From the IMG/VR virus record IMGVR_UViG_3300027787_000001: DNA of 64,000 nucleotides, one strand, 5' to 3'. Numbering within the stretch: the stretch's first letter is position 1; every line of letters begins with the position of its first letter. Both the position numbers and the translations under genes were made by a program. A model generated the notes under the pieces. It searched no databases, had not been told where the DNA came from, and worked only from the letters and a program-made list of their open reading frames with translations. Origin of the DNA: an uncultured virus (IMG/VR IMGVR_UViG_3300027787_000001) (Duplodnaviria > Heunggongvirae > Uroviricota > Caudoviricetes). Positions 1-9,191 of this stretch are shown here, piece by piece.

Positions 1-48
1 GATGGTAACGGAGGCGTCTTTTTCAGCAAGCATCCGACACGGCGAAGA

Positions 49-330
49 ATGGGCAAACCGACTGAAAACAGGAAACATAGGATCGGCATTAGGGTCCAGG
101 AACAAGACCGCGAGCGCATCCTTCAGCAGCTATTCCGCTGCCTCGGGAAATATGACCCTCGGGCCATCCCAAGGATCATCTCGAAGCGCACCGGGATCAC
201 TGAGCAGGCCGTTGATTACGTGTTCCAGCAGACCTGCCAGGAATTCAGAGAGTGGTCGCGTGAGATCCGACTTGGCCTAGCTAGAGCTGACGAAGCCGGA
301 TCGGCTGTGTGGGGAAGGAGAAGCGCATGA
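49..330 (+). CDS. Hypothetical phage protein
   Basis: ORF whose stop overlaps the next start (ATGA). Confidence 0.55.
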   Translation: MGKPTENRKHRIGIRVQEQDRERILQQLFRCLGKYDPRAIPRIISKRTGITEQAVDYVFQQTCQEFREWSREIRLGLARADEAGSAVWGRRSA

Positions 331-830
331 TCGAAATCCTAGACCGATTCACGCGCGCGGTTCTGTACTCAAGCGCAACCGCGAACGATATTGCCACAGC
401 GGTGGCGGAAGCAGTTAAAAGCCGCGCGTACCTCAGCGGCGCGTACCTCAGCGGCGCGAACCTCAGCCGCGCGGACCTCAGCGGCGCGTACCTCAGCCGC
501 GCGGACCTCAGCGGCGCGTACCTCAGCGGCGCGTACCTCAGCCGCGCGGACCTCAGCGGCGCGTACCTCAGCGGCGCGGACCTCAGCGGCGCACAACACG
601 TCTTGCGGATCTCTGGCGGTCGGCACGACATCGTTGTTTCAGACACCGGCATGGTCTCAATCGGTTGCCATGATTATCCAATCGAGCGATGGCTGGCATC
701 GTATAAGGTCATCGGCCAAGCAGAGAACTACGGGCCAGAAGAGATCGAGGATTACGCGGATCGCCTGAAACTGGTCGCAAATTGGATTAGCCGCCAGAAG
801 GCTCACACAGATCAGGAGAAGACGGCATGA
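327..830 (+). CDS. Pentapeptide-repeat protein
   Basis: 11 x A(D/N/Y)LS(G/R) repeats, typical phage N-terminus and IGC-containing C-terminal domain; AAGGAG RBS. Confidence 0.93.
   Translation: MIEILDRFTRAVLYSSATANDIATAVAEAVKSRAYLSGAYLSGANLSRADLSGAYLSRADLSGAYLSGAYLSRADLSGAYLSGADLSGAQHVLRISGGRHDIVVSDTGMVSIGCHDYPIERWLASYKVIGQAENYGPEEIEDYADRLKLVANWISRQKAHTDQEKTA
426..590 (+). repeat. 11 tandem 15-bp coding repeats (gcgDacctcagcSgc)
   Basis: Directly visible; encodes the pentapeptide repeats. Confidence 0.95.
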
Positions 831-947
831 AAGACTCTCCGGTTGATATCGCCTCTCTCCACAAATTCTTGCGCCGCTACGCAGGGCCTTTTGGCGCTGG
901 CGTTCATGGCGTTCGTGGCGGCGGTGATGCTGGCGGTTAAGGAGTGA
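827..947 (+). pseudogene. Small membrane-protein gene, apparently frameshifted
   Basis: [20 protein letters not shown] continues in the +1 frame as LLALAFMAFVAAVMLAVKE*, ending just before the next start. Confidence 0.45.
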
Positions 948-948
948 G

Positions 949-1143
949 ATGGCGATGAAGAGCTATGCCCAATCGACGGTATTACACGCCCAGAAAAGGG
1001 TACTGCGGATGGTCTTCGGGTATTTGTCAAAACTGAGGCCAAAAGACCTGGAGACGCTCTACACAGATGGCAAGGGACTGATGACGTTAGGCGAGGTGCT
1101 GAAGCACGTAGAAGCGGCCATGAACTTGAGGGTGAAAAGGTAA
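949..1143 (+). CDS. Hypothetical phage protein
   Basis: AAGGAG RBS, operon packing. Confidence 0.55.
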   Translation: MAMKSYAQSTVLHAQKRVLRMVFGYLSKLRPKDLETLYTDGKGLMTLGEVLKHVEAAMNLRVKR

Positions 1144-1147
1144 AGCG

Positions 1148-1363
1148 ATGTTCGCACGATTTTTCGATCCAAGCGCGATGCGCGACGACGACCTCGACCG
1201 CGAGATGGAACGGGTTGAGCGCCGGGACATGGAATGGTTACCAGATAAAACTTACGGGGGCCGAGACACGGCGGAGTCCTCTCTAAACGAGGTGGACCCC
1301 AATCTCTGCACGGTCGACGAAAGCCCCCACCCGAATGAAGCGAAAATCTGGCGGGACTCATGA
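1148..1363 (+). CDS. Hypothetical phage protein
   Basis: Operon packing, ATGA overlap with next gene. Confidence 0.5.
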   Translation: MFARFFDPSAMRDDDLDREMERVERRDMEWLPDKTYGGRDTAESSLNEVDPNLCTVDESPHPNEAKIWRDS

Positions 1364-1614
1364 TGGCTAACGGCATGTATCGGACTGCTGCCGGGAGCAC
1401 AGTAGAAATCTCCGGCGAGCACGGCGGCATTGCGACGGTCGACTTCGACTGGTTCGAGGAGCCGGAGGCTTGTTACGACTGCGTCGTGGAAGCCTATCCA
1501 CAGGAGTGGGGCGGCGAAGAGTGGCGCTTGGTTTGGCATTGCGAAAACGAATGCTGCGGCGGCGGATCGGCGGCGCTCTTTCCGGTGACAGCCAAAGAAA
1601 TGATCCTCCCATGA
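1360..1614 (+). CDS. Small acidic Cys-containing hypothetical protein
   Basis: ATGA overlaps on both sides; CxxC and Cys cluster. Confidence 0.6.
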   Translation: MMANGMYRTAAGSTVEISGEHGGIATVDFDWFEEPEACYDCVVEAYPQEWGGEEWRLVWHCENECCGGGSAALFPVTAKEMILP

Positions 1615-1967
1615 AACCCGCCCGCTTCCGATCCCGCATTCGCCAGCGTTCCAAGCCACGTCGGGGTCGCATCGTGGACAAAATTTATCTAGCTTGGGTC
1701 CACACTCAGCCATCGATTGTGCGGACGCATGACCCCAAGTGCCTGGGATGCCGGATAACAGCGCACCACGTAAAAGAGACGCCTGGGGCACCGAAGAATG
1801 ATCGCAGAGCCGTACCGCTTCGGGCCTGCCGCCACATGCTTGGGTTCGGCGACTTAACAGTGGAGCACTCGAAGAAACGATTCGAGTTGCACTTTGGAAT
1901 TGATCTGGAGCAAGAGATCAGACGTTTGAACGAGAAGTATCAAAGGGAAGGGCAATGGGATACATGA
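1611..1967 (+). CDS. DUF968-like / HNH-related phage protein
   Basis: YLAWVHTQP...AHHV...KNDRRAVPL...H motif pattern. Confidence 0.65.
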   Translation: MKPARFRSRIRQRSKPRRGRIVDKIYLAWVHTQPSIVRTHDPKCLGCRITAHHVKETPGAPKNDRRAVPLRACRHMLGFGDLTVEHSKKRFELHFGIDLEQEIRRLNEKYQREGQWDT

Positions 1968-2338
1968 GGCACCACGCGATCTTAGTCAGTACTTACCTAC
2001 GCGGAAATTTACGCCGAGCGCGGGCTGAGGCAAAATCTTTAGGACTAAGATATACCGACATCGTCGAATCACGTCTAAACAACGTAGTAACCTTTGCCGT
2101 CGTGCCAGACGGATCCAAGGAAGGATGGCCCGATTCCGATGCCGGTGATACCGCCCGCGATAAGTTCATAGCTTGGCTGGACCAGCAAAGGTATGAAGAC
2201 GGATCAAGTTGGTTTGAGTGGGCCGAGGTCCAGTATGGCGATGAAAATGATGACAACAAAATGACCCGATCCGAGGCGAACCACCGTCAAAGGCTTATTC
2301 AATCGATAACTGAGAAGTACGAGAGGGAGGAAACGTAA
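1955..2338 (+). CDS. Conserved-looking hypothetical phage protein
   Basis: MRHHAILV...PDGSKEGWPDSDAGD...WAEVQYG; coupled to neighbours. Confidence 0.7.
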   Translation: MGYMRHHAILVSTYLRGNLRRARAEAKSLGLRYTDIVESRLNNVVTFAVVPDGSKEGWPDSDAGDTARDKFIAWLDQQRYEDGSSWFEWAEVQYGDENDDNKMTRSEANHRQRLIQSITEKYEREET

Positions 2339-2592
2339 TGGGACACGTTAAAGTCGGCCACGCAGATTTTGAGCCTGGCGCTCGTTGCGAGATAGTCCGT
2401 TCATTCACCTACAAACTGAATGTCGGGGACTATGAAAGCCGAGATTTTTTCTGTTCTCAAAAGTCAGAATGCCGAATCGAGGACGCAGAGGACATCAGTC
2501 TGCGCCTATATCGCTTCTGCAAAGAACAGGTAATGCGATCCGTCATGGAATACAAACGCGAAGAACCTGTGTGCGTCAGAAAGGCTGGATAA
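2338..2592 (+). CDS. Hypothetical phage protein
   Basis: GGAGG RBS, TAATG overlap; RSFTYKLNVGDYESRDFFCSQK. Confidence 0.7.
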   Translation: MGHVKVGHADFEPGARCEIVRSFTYKLNVGDYESRDFFCSQKSECRIEDAEDISLRLYRFCKEQVMRSVMEYKREEPVCVRKAG

Positions 2593-2594
2593 GA

Positions 2595-3128
2595 GTGTCA
2601 ATCATAGCGTCAGCGAAAAGTGGGAAAGAGTTTCAACCAGCCCCGGCTGGAACCCACGCCGCGGTGTGCTGCGACATTGTCGATCTCGGTACTCTGGAAG
2701 TCACGTTCGGAGGAAAGACCAAATCACAGCACAAAATCAGGGTGGTCTGGCAGATAGACGAGGAACGCGACGATGGCAAGCCATTTACTGTAGGAAAGCG
2801 TTACACATTGTCACTCCATGAAAAATCAAATCTGCGCAAAGATCTCGAATCATGGAGAGGAAAATCATTTACCCCAGAGGAGCTCGACGGTTTCGACCTC
2901 GAAGTACTGATCGGCATTGGCTGCATGGTGAATATCATTCACCAGCCGAAACAGGACGGCGGCCAGCCGTGGGCCAACGTGGCAGCCGTAATGAAACTCC
3001 TAAAAGGCATGAGCGCACCCATCATTCGAGAGTACGTGCGCGTTTGTGACCGTAAAGATGAGGACAACAATCAATCCATCTCTGAGAGCCGAGAATATGC
3101 AATCACCGACGACGATGTCCCATTTTAA
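2595..3128 (+). CDS. SSB-like phage protein (NGO0469-like family)
   Basis: PAGTHAAVC..IVDLGT...YTLSLHEKSNLRKDLESWRG and acidic C-terminal tail DDDVPF. Confidence 0.8.
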   Translation: MSIIASAKSGKEFQPAPAGTHAAVCCDIVDLGTLEVTFGGKTKSQHKIRVVWQIDEERDDGKPFTVGKRYTLSLHEKSNLRKDLESWRGKSFTPEELDGFDLEVLIGIGCMVNIIHQPKQDGGQPWANVAAVMKLLKGMSAPIIREYVRVCDRKDEDNNQSISESREYAITDDDVPF

Positions 3129-3138
3129 GGAGGAACCA

Positions 3139-3897
3139 ATGACTGCTACTACTCCACTAGCCCTCGCTAGAACTCACTCGCTCTGGAAACTCGATGCTGA
3201 GCTTCAGGATCTCACCGAGCGCGCCCAGGAAGAAGAAGCGGGGCCGTGCCCAGGATGTGACGGTAAGCAGTTGATCCCTACACCTACCGGTCCAGTAACC
3301 TGTCCTGAATGCGCCGGTAAGGGCACCGGCGTGATCTCAGCCGCAACGCAGGAAGCGCTGACCGCTTACTTCGAGGCCACCGTGCAGAAGGTGGACCGGG
3401 TTGCGGAGTTCCTGAAGTTCCTGAAGGCGCTCGAAGAAACCTGTAAGGCTGAAGCGGCGCGAATCTCCGAGCGGCGGCATGTGGCCGAGAATACGGCCGA
3501 GCGCATAAAGAACATGCTTAAAGAATTTATGGCCAAGCGCGGAGATACCCAGATCAAGAGCAAACTCAACACGATCAGCTTGTGCCGGAACAGCCAACCG
3601 TCCCTGGAGATTCAGGACGCGACGGTGATTTACGGCAAGGAGAGAATCGCATCGGCAAAGGTACCAGCTAAATTCCAACGCATCCAAATCACGGTAACGC
3701 GGGAGTGGTGGGACCAATTCGTAGAGTCCTGCAAGTTCGACGGTGCCTTGCTGATCCCACCGGCAGAGTTGGCCCGTAAATTCATGAATATATCGGCTCC
3801 GTTCATCGACGAATCCGCGCTCCGTGATCATCTGGCGGCCGGAGAAACCATTGAAGGGGCCACGCTAGAAACCGGCCGACATATACGGGTGCGCTGA
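3139..3897 (+). CDS. Siphovirus Gp157-like (Gam-like) protein with inserted Zn finger
   Basis: Coiled coil EAARISERR, C-terminal GETIEGATLETGRHIRVR; CxxCxG..CxxCxGxG insertion; AAGGAGG RBS. Confidence 0.8.
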   Translation: MTATTPLALARTHSLWKLDAELQDLTERAQEEEAGPCPGCDGKQLIPTPTGPVTCPECAGKGTGVISAATQEALTAYFEATVQKVDRVAEFLKFLKALEETCKAEAARISERRHVAENTAERIKNMLKEFMAKRGDTQIKSKLNTISLCRNSQPSLEIQDATVIYGKERIASAKVPAKFQRIQITVTREWWDQFVESCKFDGALLIPPAELARKFMNISAPFIDESALRDHLAAGETIEGATLETGRHIRVR

Positions 3898-4106
3898 TGT
3901 CACGAACACGCAGAACAACACGCGTAGCCATAGAGGATATGTTTGCCACGCTACCACCGAGCCAGCGCGAATCCGTACTGGAATTCCTGCAGAGCTGGCA
4001 CCGGCTGAAGACAAAAGAGGAGGCCCGGAACGGTAAGCCGAGCGACGATAGGCCACCGATCCAGACCTGCACAATTCCCGACACAGAGAGGAGGGCGATG
4101 GATTAA
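3897..4106 (+). CDS. Hypothetical phage protein
   Basis: TGATG overlap with upstream gene. Confidence 0.55.
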   Translation: MSRTRRTTRVAIEDMFATLPPSQRESVLEFLQSWHRLKTKEEARNGKPSDDRPPIQTCTIPDTERRAMD

Positions 4107-4225
4107 ATCACTTTGGGAGTGCGTTCCGTGAAAAAGCAACCTGTGCAGGGGCCGTCAAGGACGTGAGGCGGCCCTCTCGAACCGGGTGCTCCGGTAGCCA
4201 AAGGTTCTGAAACCTGGGGAGGTGA

Positions 4226-4360
4226 ATGAAATTGGAACATCGGAGCATCCAGTTGGAGCGTTTAGCGCGTGGCTTTTACTATCTCGGATACCGCAGCACT
4301 CGCTTGCCATACCCTCCTTGGCTGCGCGGGATGGGGCGCTCCAGCCCTGAGAACGCATGA
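4226..4360 (+). CDS. 44-aa hypothetical protein (not in ORF track)
   Basis: GGAGGT RBS, MKLEHRSIQLERLARG...PENA*, ATGA overlap with next gene. Confidence 0.5.
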   Translation: MKLEHRSIQLERLARGFYYLGYRSTRLPYPPWLRGMGRSSPENA

Positions 4361-4551
4361 AACCTAAACGTAGCACAAAAACTCGGCCGACCACCTGGGA
4401 ACCTGCCTACGGTGAATACCACTCTGAATCCTGGCGCAAGCAATGGTGCAAGGATATGGGGCACCCCCTAGTGCTGCTCAATCCATCCAAATCGCGCAGG
4501 TATGGGAGAGAAATAAAACGCTGCGTATGCGGAGAAAAAGAAACTGCATGA
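4357..4551 (+). CDS. Hypothetical phage protein
   Basis: Coupled ORF with C...H...CxC residues. Confidence 0.55.
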   Translation: MKPKRSTKTRPTTWEPAYGEYHSESWRKQWCKDMGHPLVLLNPSKSRRYGREIKRCVCGEKETA

Positions 4552-4761
4552 ATCGTTCACCTGAATTTCTGGCGAGACGTGTGGGCCATGAAGTATGAGA
4601 CCGCCACGCCATACCGACAACAACCACTCTCGCCCACCCGTTCGCTGGGAGAGCCTGGCACGGCTGAATGAGTCGATACGGAAGCTGCGAGAGGCTGAGG
4701 CGGCGTGGCGAGCGGATCGAGCGGTACGGCGAGCGCTGGAAGACGTGAGGAACATGCGGTC

Positions 4762-4995
4762 ATGACCGCCCTGGAATATATCCGCATTCTATTCTACGAC
4801 TGCGGCTTCGATACCGTGAAGCAGCGTGAGGCATTTATAAACCGAGAGTTCGGTGCAAAGTATGAAGGCCCAATTCACTACGCCGATGAACTTAACTCGC
4901 AGGACCGCTTGCGGCTGATCGAGATCCTGAAGGACATCAAAGCCGGGCAGCAAGAGCGGTCGCGGGCCGATTCGCGGGAGGACACCGATGCCTGA
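4762..4995 (+). CDS. Hypothetical phage protein
   Basis: Operon packing; start reassigned to MTALEY. Confidence 0.6.
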   Translation: MTALEYIRILFYDCGFDTVKQREAFINREFGAKYEGPIHYADELNSQDRLRLIEILKDIKAGQQERSRADSREDTDA

Positions 4996-5206
4996 CCTTA
5001 TTCCGGGATCGATCCAATGTAGCCGCTGTGGCGCGACGAAGCGCGAGACAAACAAGTGGTGGTGCGGGTGGGTTTGTCTCGATGATCCGCATATCGTTCT
5101 CGCGCCCTATGCCGTCCAGTGGCATCCCGACGCAGTTCTCTGCGGTGAGTCTTGCGTCCTCAAGTGGATGAGTGAAGAGATGCCAAAGCTACAGAAGGAT
5201 AGATAA
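4988..5206 (+). CDS. Small Zn-binding hypothetical protein
   Basis: CSRCG..KRETNKWW...LCGESC pattern; GGAGG RBS. Confidence 0.7.
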   Translation: MPDLIPGSIQCSRCGATKRETNKWWCGWVCLDDPHIVLAPYAVQWHPDAVLCGESCVLKWMSEEMPKLQKDR

Positions 5207-5515
5207 ATGCCCGTCTTTAAAATCCGCGACAATGACCGGAAACTCCACGAAATAACTGGCAGCGTCTCCGGCCTATTCGGAATTCATCATAACGGTTTTT
5301 CTACCTATCCATGGACCGTTTGGCATATCCCATCCGGTTACGCCGTGGTGAGAAACATCAACACTGTCAGCACCGCGTACGCAATAATCCGCGAACTGAA
5401 GAAAGCACCATTTTCATGGAAGTCGCGGCGGTACACCGATTACAGCCGCAGCAAATCACGTCTCAAATGGTGGCGTGCAAATAGGGAACGCCTTGAACAA
5501 TTGGCGAAAGGATGA
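5207..5515 (+). CDS. Hypothetical phage protein
   Basis: WTVWHIPSG motif; abuts neighbours. Confidence 0.65.
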   Translation: MPVFKIRDNDRKLHEITGSVSGLFGIHHNGFSTYPWTVWHIPSGYAVVRNINTVSTAYAIIRELKKAPFSWKSRRYTDYSRSKSRLKWWRANRERLEQLAKG

Positions 5516-5736
5516 ACATGCCCGTAACCGAGATACGCCCGCGACTCATGACCTCCGATGAAGTGGCGGAGTTGCGGCTGCGTATTGGCCGAATGTTGGC
5601 GATGGTAGAAACCGGCATGGTCGAGGCCCAGGAAGTGTTTCTGCCGTACTGGGAGCAAGGCGGCAAGACGCTTTACCAGCATCTGCAGGAAAACAGATTC
5701 AAGGCACTCCCAGCACCATCTGGTGAAACCCAATGA
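5512..5736 (+). CDS. Hypothetical phage protein
   Basis: LAMVETGMV...EVFLPY...GKTLY; ATGA overlaps. Confidence 0.65.
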   Translation: MNMPVTEIRPRLMTSDEVAELRLRIGRMLAMVETGMVEAQEVFLPYWEQGGKTLYQHLQENRFKALPAPSGETQ

Positions 5737-6191
5737 CTACCGTCTTCCCAACCTCGGTTCCGGCAACCTCAGCCTTTGTGTGCCCGACGTTCACACTCAA
5801 CGGCCCGCCACGGACAAAAAAGAATCACGGCGTCACGAAAATTCTGCCTTCTCTTCCGTACCTGGAGTGGTACAAGCTGGCCATGCAGCAGGTGCCGATC
5901 ATTCGGACGATATTCAGGATGGCGAATATCCGGCTCCCGATCAGCGGCCCAGTGGCAGTTAAGGCGTTGTTCTACCGCGAGGCTCGCGTAGGTGATCTGA
6001 ACGGTTATATGCAGGCCCTGGGGGACTTCCTGCAGGAGTCGCGCATGTTTGGTAACAAGCAACGCACGGGCGCCGGAATCATCAAGGAGGATAGTCAAAT
6101 ATGTTCCTGGGATGGCTCCCGAAGACTGCATGACAAGAACTTTCCGCGGATTGAGGTCACGATCTCGATACTGCCGGAGGGAATGGAATAA
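5733..6191 (+). CDS. rusA: RusA-like Holliday junction resolvase
   Basis: GPPRTKKN, GDLNGY...GDFLQ, IIKEDSQI, PRIEVTI motifs. Confidence 0.8.
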   Translation: MTTVFPTSVPATSAFVCPTFTLNGPPRTKKNHGVTKILPSLPYLEWYKLAMQQVPIIRTIFRMANIRLPISGPVAVKALFYREARVGDLNGYMQALGDFLQESRMFGNKQRTGAGIIKEDSQICSWDGSRRLHDKNFPRIEVTISILPEGME

Positions 6192-6624
6192 ATAAGATGG
6201 CTCTGCTGATTGAAATCTGCTGTAACGACCCGAGCGATGGCCAGTTCCAAGGATCGGCTGACTTTATCGCAATCGAGGATGTGCGCATGCAGGGCGGGCG
6301 CGTCACGATCAATTACAGCGATGAGCAGGTCAGGAGTGCCGATCCACTGATCGACGGCCATTATACCCTCCGAGTCGGGCGCATTCTGGTCCCACACTGG
6401 CATCACCATTCCTGGTACGGCAATTGGTGCTGGGAGGCGTTCAGTGTTACCTGGCCGCATGCGTTGAAGGTTCTCAACTATCTTGCTAAGCAGCGAGATT
6501 GGCACTGCGAAGCGCCACACGATATTTTCCAAGCGATCAAATTACACAAACATGTGACGCCGCAACAGTGGAAGGAACGATTGGAGTTGAAGGTATGACC
6601 GCACTGCCGGAGGGGATGGAGTAG
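6170..6624 (+). repeat. Imperfect 22-bp direct repeat (6170-6191 / 6603-6624) flanking one gene
   Basis: actgccggagggaatggaataa vs actgccggaggggatggagtag, 19/22 identical. Confidence 0.8.
6197..6598 (+). CDS. Hypothetical protein (Trp-rich, WYGNWCWEA)
   Basis: ORF between the direct repeats. Confidence 0.7.
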   Translation: MALLIEICCNDPSDGQFQGSADFIAIEDVRMQGGRVTINYSDEQVRSADPLIDGHYTLRVGRILVPHWHHHSWYGNWCWEAFSVTWPHALKVLNYLAKQRDWHCEAPHDIFQAIKLHKHVTPQQWKERLELKV

Positions 6625-6626
6625 CG

Positions 6627-7025
6627 ATGCTGAGTTCCATACGTCAGTTTGATCTTCCCGACCCGTACTTCCTGCTCCGTGATCCGCTCAGTCAAAGTCC
6701 GTTTTTTCCGCTGTACGGAGCATACGGAGGTATCACAACGACCACCATGATGATCGTGATGGACCGTAGTTGTATGCCGATCGTTATAGGTGGAGAGGAA
6801 TTAGGCAGAGAGAGACACTGGAGTCCATTCGTGGCCAGTGACTTTTCGAATCGCCATCAATGCATCGAGTTACCCCGAGGCTTACACGACGAATTCGGTG
6901 GCCACTGGTACGTCATCGAACTCTGCATCATAAACGACACCGAGGAGACCGTGCTGAGGAGATTAAATGACGCAATGGACGCTCTGGCGGCTGACTCCAA
7001 AGCGCGAGAGGCGGTGAAGGCATGA
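6627..7025 (+). CDS. Hypothetical phage protein
   Basis: Operon packing, ATGA overlap. Confidence 0.6.
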   Translation: MLSSIRQFDLPDPYFLLRDPLSQSPFFPLYGAYGGITTTTMMIVMDRSCMPIVIGGEELGRERHWSPFVASDFSNRHQCIELPRGLHDEFGGHWYVIELCIINDTEETVLRRLNDAMDALAADSKAREAVKA

Positions 7026-7402
7026 CCGCACAGCCCTGGATCGCGCGCCGCGAGGAGTATCTCAAGAAGAAGGGCGTGGAGCCGCCGTCCTATGCATTGG
7101 CCGTAGCGAAAGAGCAGATCCGCCAGCACGTTGAACGTAAACCAGCTAGGTCGGAGTCGCAACGCGCCGCGGTATCGCGCACCATGAAGAGCTACCACGC
7201 GACGACCGAGAAGCGCCTGCACCACGAGGCTCTGTACGGGCGCCGGAAGCAGCCTGACCTTGAATTGGAGCTCAGATCAAGAATGGAGTCCGATATCGCG
7301 GCACTTCAGGGTCAGATGCGTGCTGCGCTCGGGATACTGGCGGAGCGCCGGCGGGAACTGGATCAGTTATGGGATCTGGTCGAGTGGATAATGAACCGAT
7401 GA
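7022..7402 (+). CDS. Hypothetical coiled-coil phage protein
   Basis: ATGA overlaps on both sides. Confidence 0.65.
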   Translation: MTAQPWIARREEYLKKKGVEPPSYALAVAKEQIRQHVERKPARSESQRAAVSRTMKSYHATTEKRLHHEALYGRRKQPDLELELRSRMESDIAALQGQMRAALGILAERRRELDQLWDLVEWIMNR

Positions 7403-7857
7403 ATTCTGTGCTCTTCAGTTCGGCTACGGATCGCTGGGCGACACCGCGCGATGTCTACGATGCGCTTGACGCTGAGTTCTGTTTTGACTTCGATCCCTGC
7501 CCGATTGACGGCACAGAAGATGGCCTTGCAACGCTCTATACGCAATGGATGGGACGCCGGATATTCTGCAACCCTCCATATGGCCCGGGGCTGGCTAAGT
7601 GGCTAGAACGCGGGCTGGAAGCGAACCTGGCGGTATTCCTGATTCCCGCCCGGACAGACACGCGCTGGTTTCATGACATCGTGTTGCCGAATGCAAAAGA
7701 GATCCGGTTTATAAGGGGACGGTTGAAATTCGGCAATGCCGTGAATGGCGCGCCGTTTCCGAGCATGATCGTGGTGTTCAAGCGCTTGGGCAGTGAAGAG
7801 AAGAAGCCCAGAAATGCCAGGGAACATGTGTGTGGCTCAAACTGTTTGGATTGGTAA
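7399..7857 (+). CDS. Phage DNA N6-adenine methyltransferase (Dam-like phage family)
   Basis: FSSATDRWATP, FDFDPCP, FCNPPYG, LIPARTDTRWFH, GRLKFG, APFPS. Confidence 0.92.
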   Translation: MNSVLFSSATDRWATPRDVYDALDAEFCFDFDPCPIDGTEDGLATLYTQWMGRRIFCNPPYGPGLAKWLERGLEANLAVFLIPARTDTRWFHDIVLPNAKEIRFIRGRLKFGNAVNGAPFPSMIVVFKRLGSEEKKPRNAREHVCGSNCLDW

Positions 7858-8200
7858 CGATGACTACTGTACTCAAGTATAGGTCCGTTCTACAGCCGAA
7901 GCCGGAATTTGGCAAGCGCCTCTCGCCGCGGATTTGGGCGCTCTGGGATGAAGGGGAAGGCGCTGTCCTACCAGAGTTCAGCGGCTTTGTACCAGGAGTC
8001 GGAACATCAATATGAGTACAAAATTCCGGGATGGCGAAAGAAAGGTGAAGTTGCCCCTTGAACAGAAAACGGTGTAGATATATGATGTCTGAAGCGCATG
8101 TTGTCGGCCTGATCCGCCGTTGCGCGGAAGATTGGGCAGTTCCACGGGGCGGCGCTCCTGTCGCCGCTCCAGCCCAAATCCCCACAGGAGGGGGATAAAA

Positions 8201-9169
8201 GTGGCGCGCACGCGCAATCTAAAACCTGGATTCTTCAAAAACAACAAACTGGCCAAATTAGGCCCCCTATCGCAACTTATTTTCGCTGGCCTGTGGACCA
8301 TAGCTGACCGAGAGGGGCGCCTGGAGGACGAGCCTGAACGTATAAAGGTCGAGGTTTTGCCTTATGACACAGGAAAGGTAAGCAGCATAGATGTCTGCCT
8401 GTCGAAACTGCATGAGTCCGGATTCATTCTAAGGTACGAGGTTGATGGTAACAAATACATTTCAATTCCGAAATGGCATGAGCACCAAAAGCCTCACTAC
8501 ATGGAGCCACCTTCAGAAATTCCTCCGCCGCCGGGCACCGAAAACAGATACAACTGTGAACCCATCAGGAAAGAACAGCGCCAACGGATATTTTCCAAAG
8601 ATAACTTTCGATGTGTGCTCTGTGGGTCAGAAGATCGACTTACTATCGATCACGTAATCCCGATCACCAAAGGTGGATCTAGCCTTGATTCAAACCTTAG
8701 AACTCTATGCCATCAATGCAACATGATGAAGGGATCAAGGATTGATGATGGCACGATCAAGCAGCTATCATCAAACTATGATGATGGCGTTCACGTTCCC
8801 CAAAGGGACGATCCCCTTAACCCTTCAAGCCTTAACCCTTCAAGCCTTAACCCTTCTCCTAACCTCTCACCACATGCCAAGTCCGAAATGAACGGCTACG
8901 ACCCGATGCCTGGATGGAACTGGTTCAGCAAAGAATATCCGGGGCACAGGCTGAACCCCAAAATGGACTCTCAACTATGGCTCTCAGTAGTAACCCCAGA
9001 GATTGAGGCTATTATCCGCGAGAAGCTACCGCACTTCAAGGCATCAGCAGAGTGGACGGAACGCAGCGGGCAGATGGTCCCATCAGCCAGCCGATTCTTG
9101 AGCGAGGGGCGCTACACGATGGAGCCAGGGGCGCCCCGACTAGGGAGAAAAGTCAACGTCAGCAGTTAA
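8201..9169 (+). CDS. Phage replication initiator (O-like) with inserted HNH domain
   Basis: N-terminal ARTRNLKPGFF...GLWTIADREGRLED; central CVLCG...IDHVIP..KGG...NLRTLCHQCN..KG; C-terminal W...VPSASRFL. Confidence 0.85.
   Translation: MARTRNLKPGFFKNNKLAKLGPLSQLIFAGLWTIADREGRLEDEPERIKVEVLPYDTGKVSSIDVCLSKLHESGFILRYEVDGNKYISIPKWHEHQKPHYMEPPSEIPPPPGTENRYNCEPIRKEQRQRIFSKDNFRCVLCGSEDRLTIDHVIPITKGGSSLDSNLRTLCHQCNMMKGSRIDDGTIKQLSSNYDDGVHVPQRDDPLNPSSLNPSSLNPSPNLSPHAKSEMNGYDPMPGWNWFSKEYPGHRLNPKMDSQLWLSVVTPEIEAIIREKLPHFKASAEWTERSGQMVPSASRFLSEGRYTMEPGAPRLGRKVNVSS
8815..8858 (+). repeat. Three tandem 15-bp units (ccttaacccttcaag) in initiator gene, near candidate origin
   Basis: Directly visible; encodes LNPSS repeats. 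Confidence 0.8.
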
Positions 9170-9191
9170 TCGAATCCGATACGGAGAACCT

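Noticed and set aside
426..590. Possible CRISPR array
   Set aside because: Contiguous coding repeats without spacers; no cas genes in the window
281..768. Repetitive alternative-frame ORFs (AAEVR, RTSAA, LRYAP)
   Set aside because: Shadows of the 15-bp pentapeptide repeats
6170..6624. DGR-like template/variable pair (all three mismatches are A to G)
   Set aside because: Only 22 bp, all third-codon changes, and no reverse transcriptase seen
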